This document shows positions 5,665 through 6,085 of a DNA stretch of 6,085 nt, piece after piece. Numbering within the stretch: the first letter of the stretch is position 1; every line of letters starts with the position of its first letter. The position numbers and the translations under genes are program-made. Origin of the DNA: an uncultured Gammaproteobacteria bacterium. GTDB taxonomy: Bacteria; Patescibacteriota; Microgenomatia; Daviesbacterales; UBA10151. The notes under the pieces are model-generated. The model was not told the DNA's origin. It ran no database searches and saw only the letters and a program-made list of their open reading frames with translations. Location of the stretch: contig CAZFVS010000056.1 in NCBI GenBank assembly GCA_964522265.1, positions 1-6,085 of the forward strand, read 5' to 3'.

Positions 5665-6085
5665 ATTGATTTTGTGTAAACACCTCCCGGATAATATCTT
5701 CAATCTGCGCCTCCTCTATATTTAAATCATCAACAGGGAAGTCTTTTAACAGTTTTGCTGCCATCTCTGAGACTCTGGATCTTTTCACAGAGATTGTTGC
5801 GCGGGGGAATTCATAACTTTCCAGCTTTCCGATCTCTTTAAATTTTTCAGGGTCAACCTGTTTTTCCAAAATAACAGTGAGTAGCTTATGGTCGGCGAAT
5901 TTTTTAATAATTGCCTCAAGTTTTCCATCAAATAAAATTTTTCCATGATCAATGATGATAACCCTTTCACAAAGCTCTTTAACATCATCCATGTAATGGC
6001 TGGTTAAAATGATAGTGGCATCAAAACGGCGGTTGTATTCCCTGATAAAGTCCCGCATCTTTTTCTGCATCACCACATCAAGTCC
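5663..6085 (-). CDS. ABC transporter ATP-binding protein, C-terminal portion; the 5' end lies beyond the right window edge
   Basis: The reading frame is open to the window edge: GLDVVMQKKMRDFIREYNRRFDATIILTSHYMDDVKELCERVIIIDHGKILFDG... GLDV is the end of the Walker B/D-loop region, and ILTSHYMDDV is the H-loop. A C-terminal regulatory-type domain of about 75 aa follows, as is common in ABC-2 type ATPases. The track start (GTG at 6076) is an artefact of truncation. Confidence 0.9.
   Translation of the reverse strand, partial: GLDVVMQKKMRDFIREYNRRFDATIILTSHYMDDVKELCERVIIIDHGKILFDGKLEAIIKKFADHKLLTVILEKQVDPEKFKEIGKLESYEFPRATISVKRSRVSEMAAKLLKDFPVDDLNIEEAQIEDIIREVFTQNQ

Noticed and set aside
5785-5988. 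67-aa minus-strand ORF in an alternative frame inside the ABC ATPase gene
   Set aside because: It is out of frame within a CDS whose main frame carries the H-loop and a conserved ABC C-terminal domain. There is no evidence for an overlapping gene.
1-6085. Scan for CRISPR repeats, IS/transposase or integrase genes, toxin-antitoxin pairs, or long tandem or inverted repeats
   Set aside because: None seen. The only repeats found are the short 9-10 nt intergenic direct repeats reported above. All sizeable ORFs are accounted for by the annotated genes.

Overview
AT-rich bacterial window with compact gene spacing, standard stop codons (TAA, TAG and TGA all terminate ORFs) and few Shine-Dalgarno sequences. 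The gene content (GspG-like type IV pilin-like protein, small membrane-anchored FN3 protein, GH1 enzyme) suggests a small-genome, possibly CPR/Patescibacteria-like organism; that assignment is inference only. Gene order left to right: (1) nusG, minus strand, runs off the left edge and is missing from the ORF track; (2) secE, minus strand, 59 aa, also missing from the track, 1 nt upstream of nusG; (3) an 86-nt divergent control region with two back-to-back sigma70-like promoters and a terminator-like hairpin; (4) an ASCH-domain protein and a membrane-anchored FN3 / carboxypeptidase-regulatory-like protein, plus strand; (5) a minus-strand co-directional run of ABC ATPase (partial), two ABC-2 type permeases, a type IV pilin-like protein and a cytoplasmic GH1 beta-glucosidase. 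I see no rRNA, tRNA, CRISPR array, transposase or integrase. I do not see a convincing novel multi-gene system. The points most worth a second look are small regulatory structures (the secE leader hairpin; the ATPase/permease intercistronic hairpin with a triplicated 10-mer), a long acidic N-terminal extension on NusG, and the 4-nt pilin-GH1 coupling downstream of an uncharacterised ABC-2 transporter. All plus-strand track ORFs that lie antisense to these genes look spurious.
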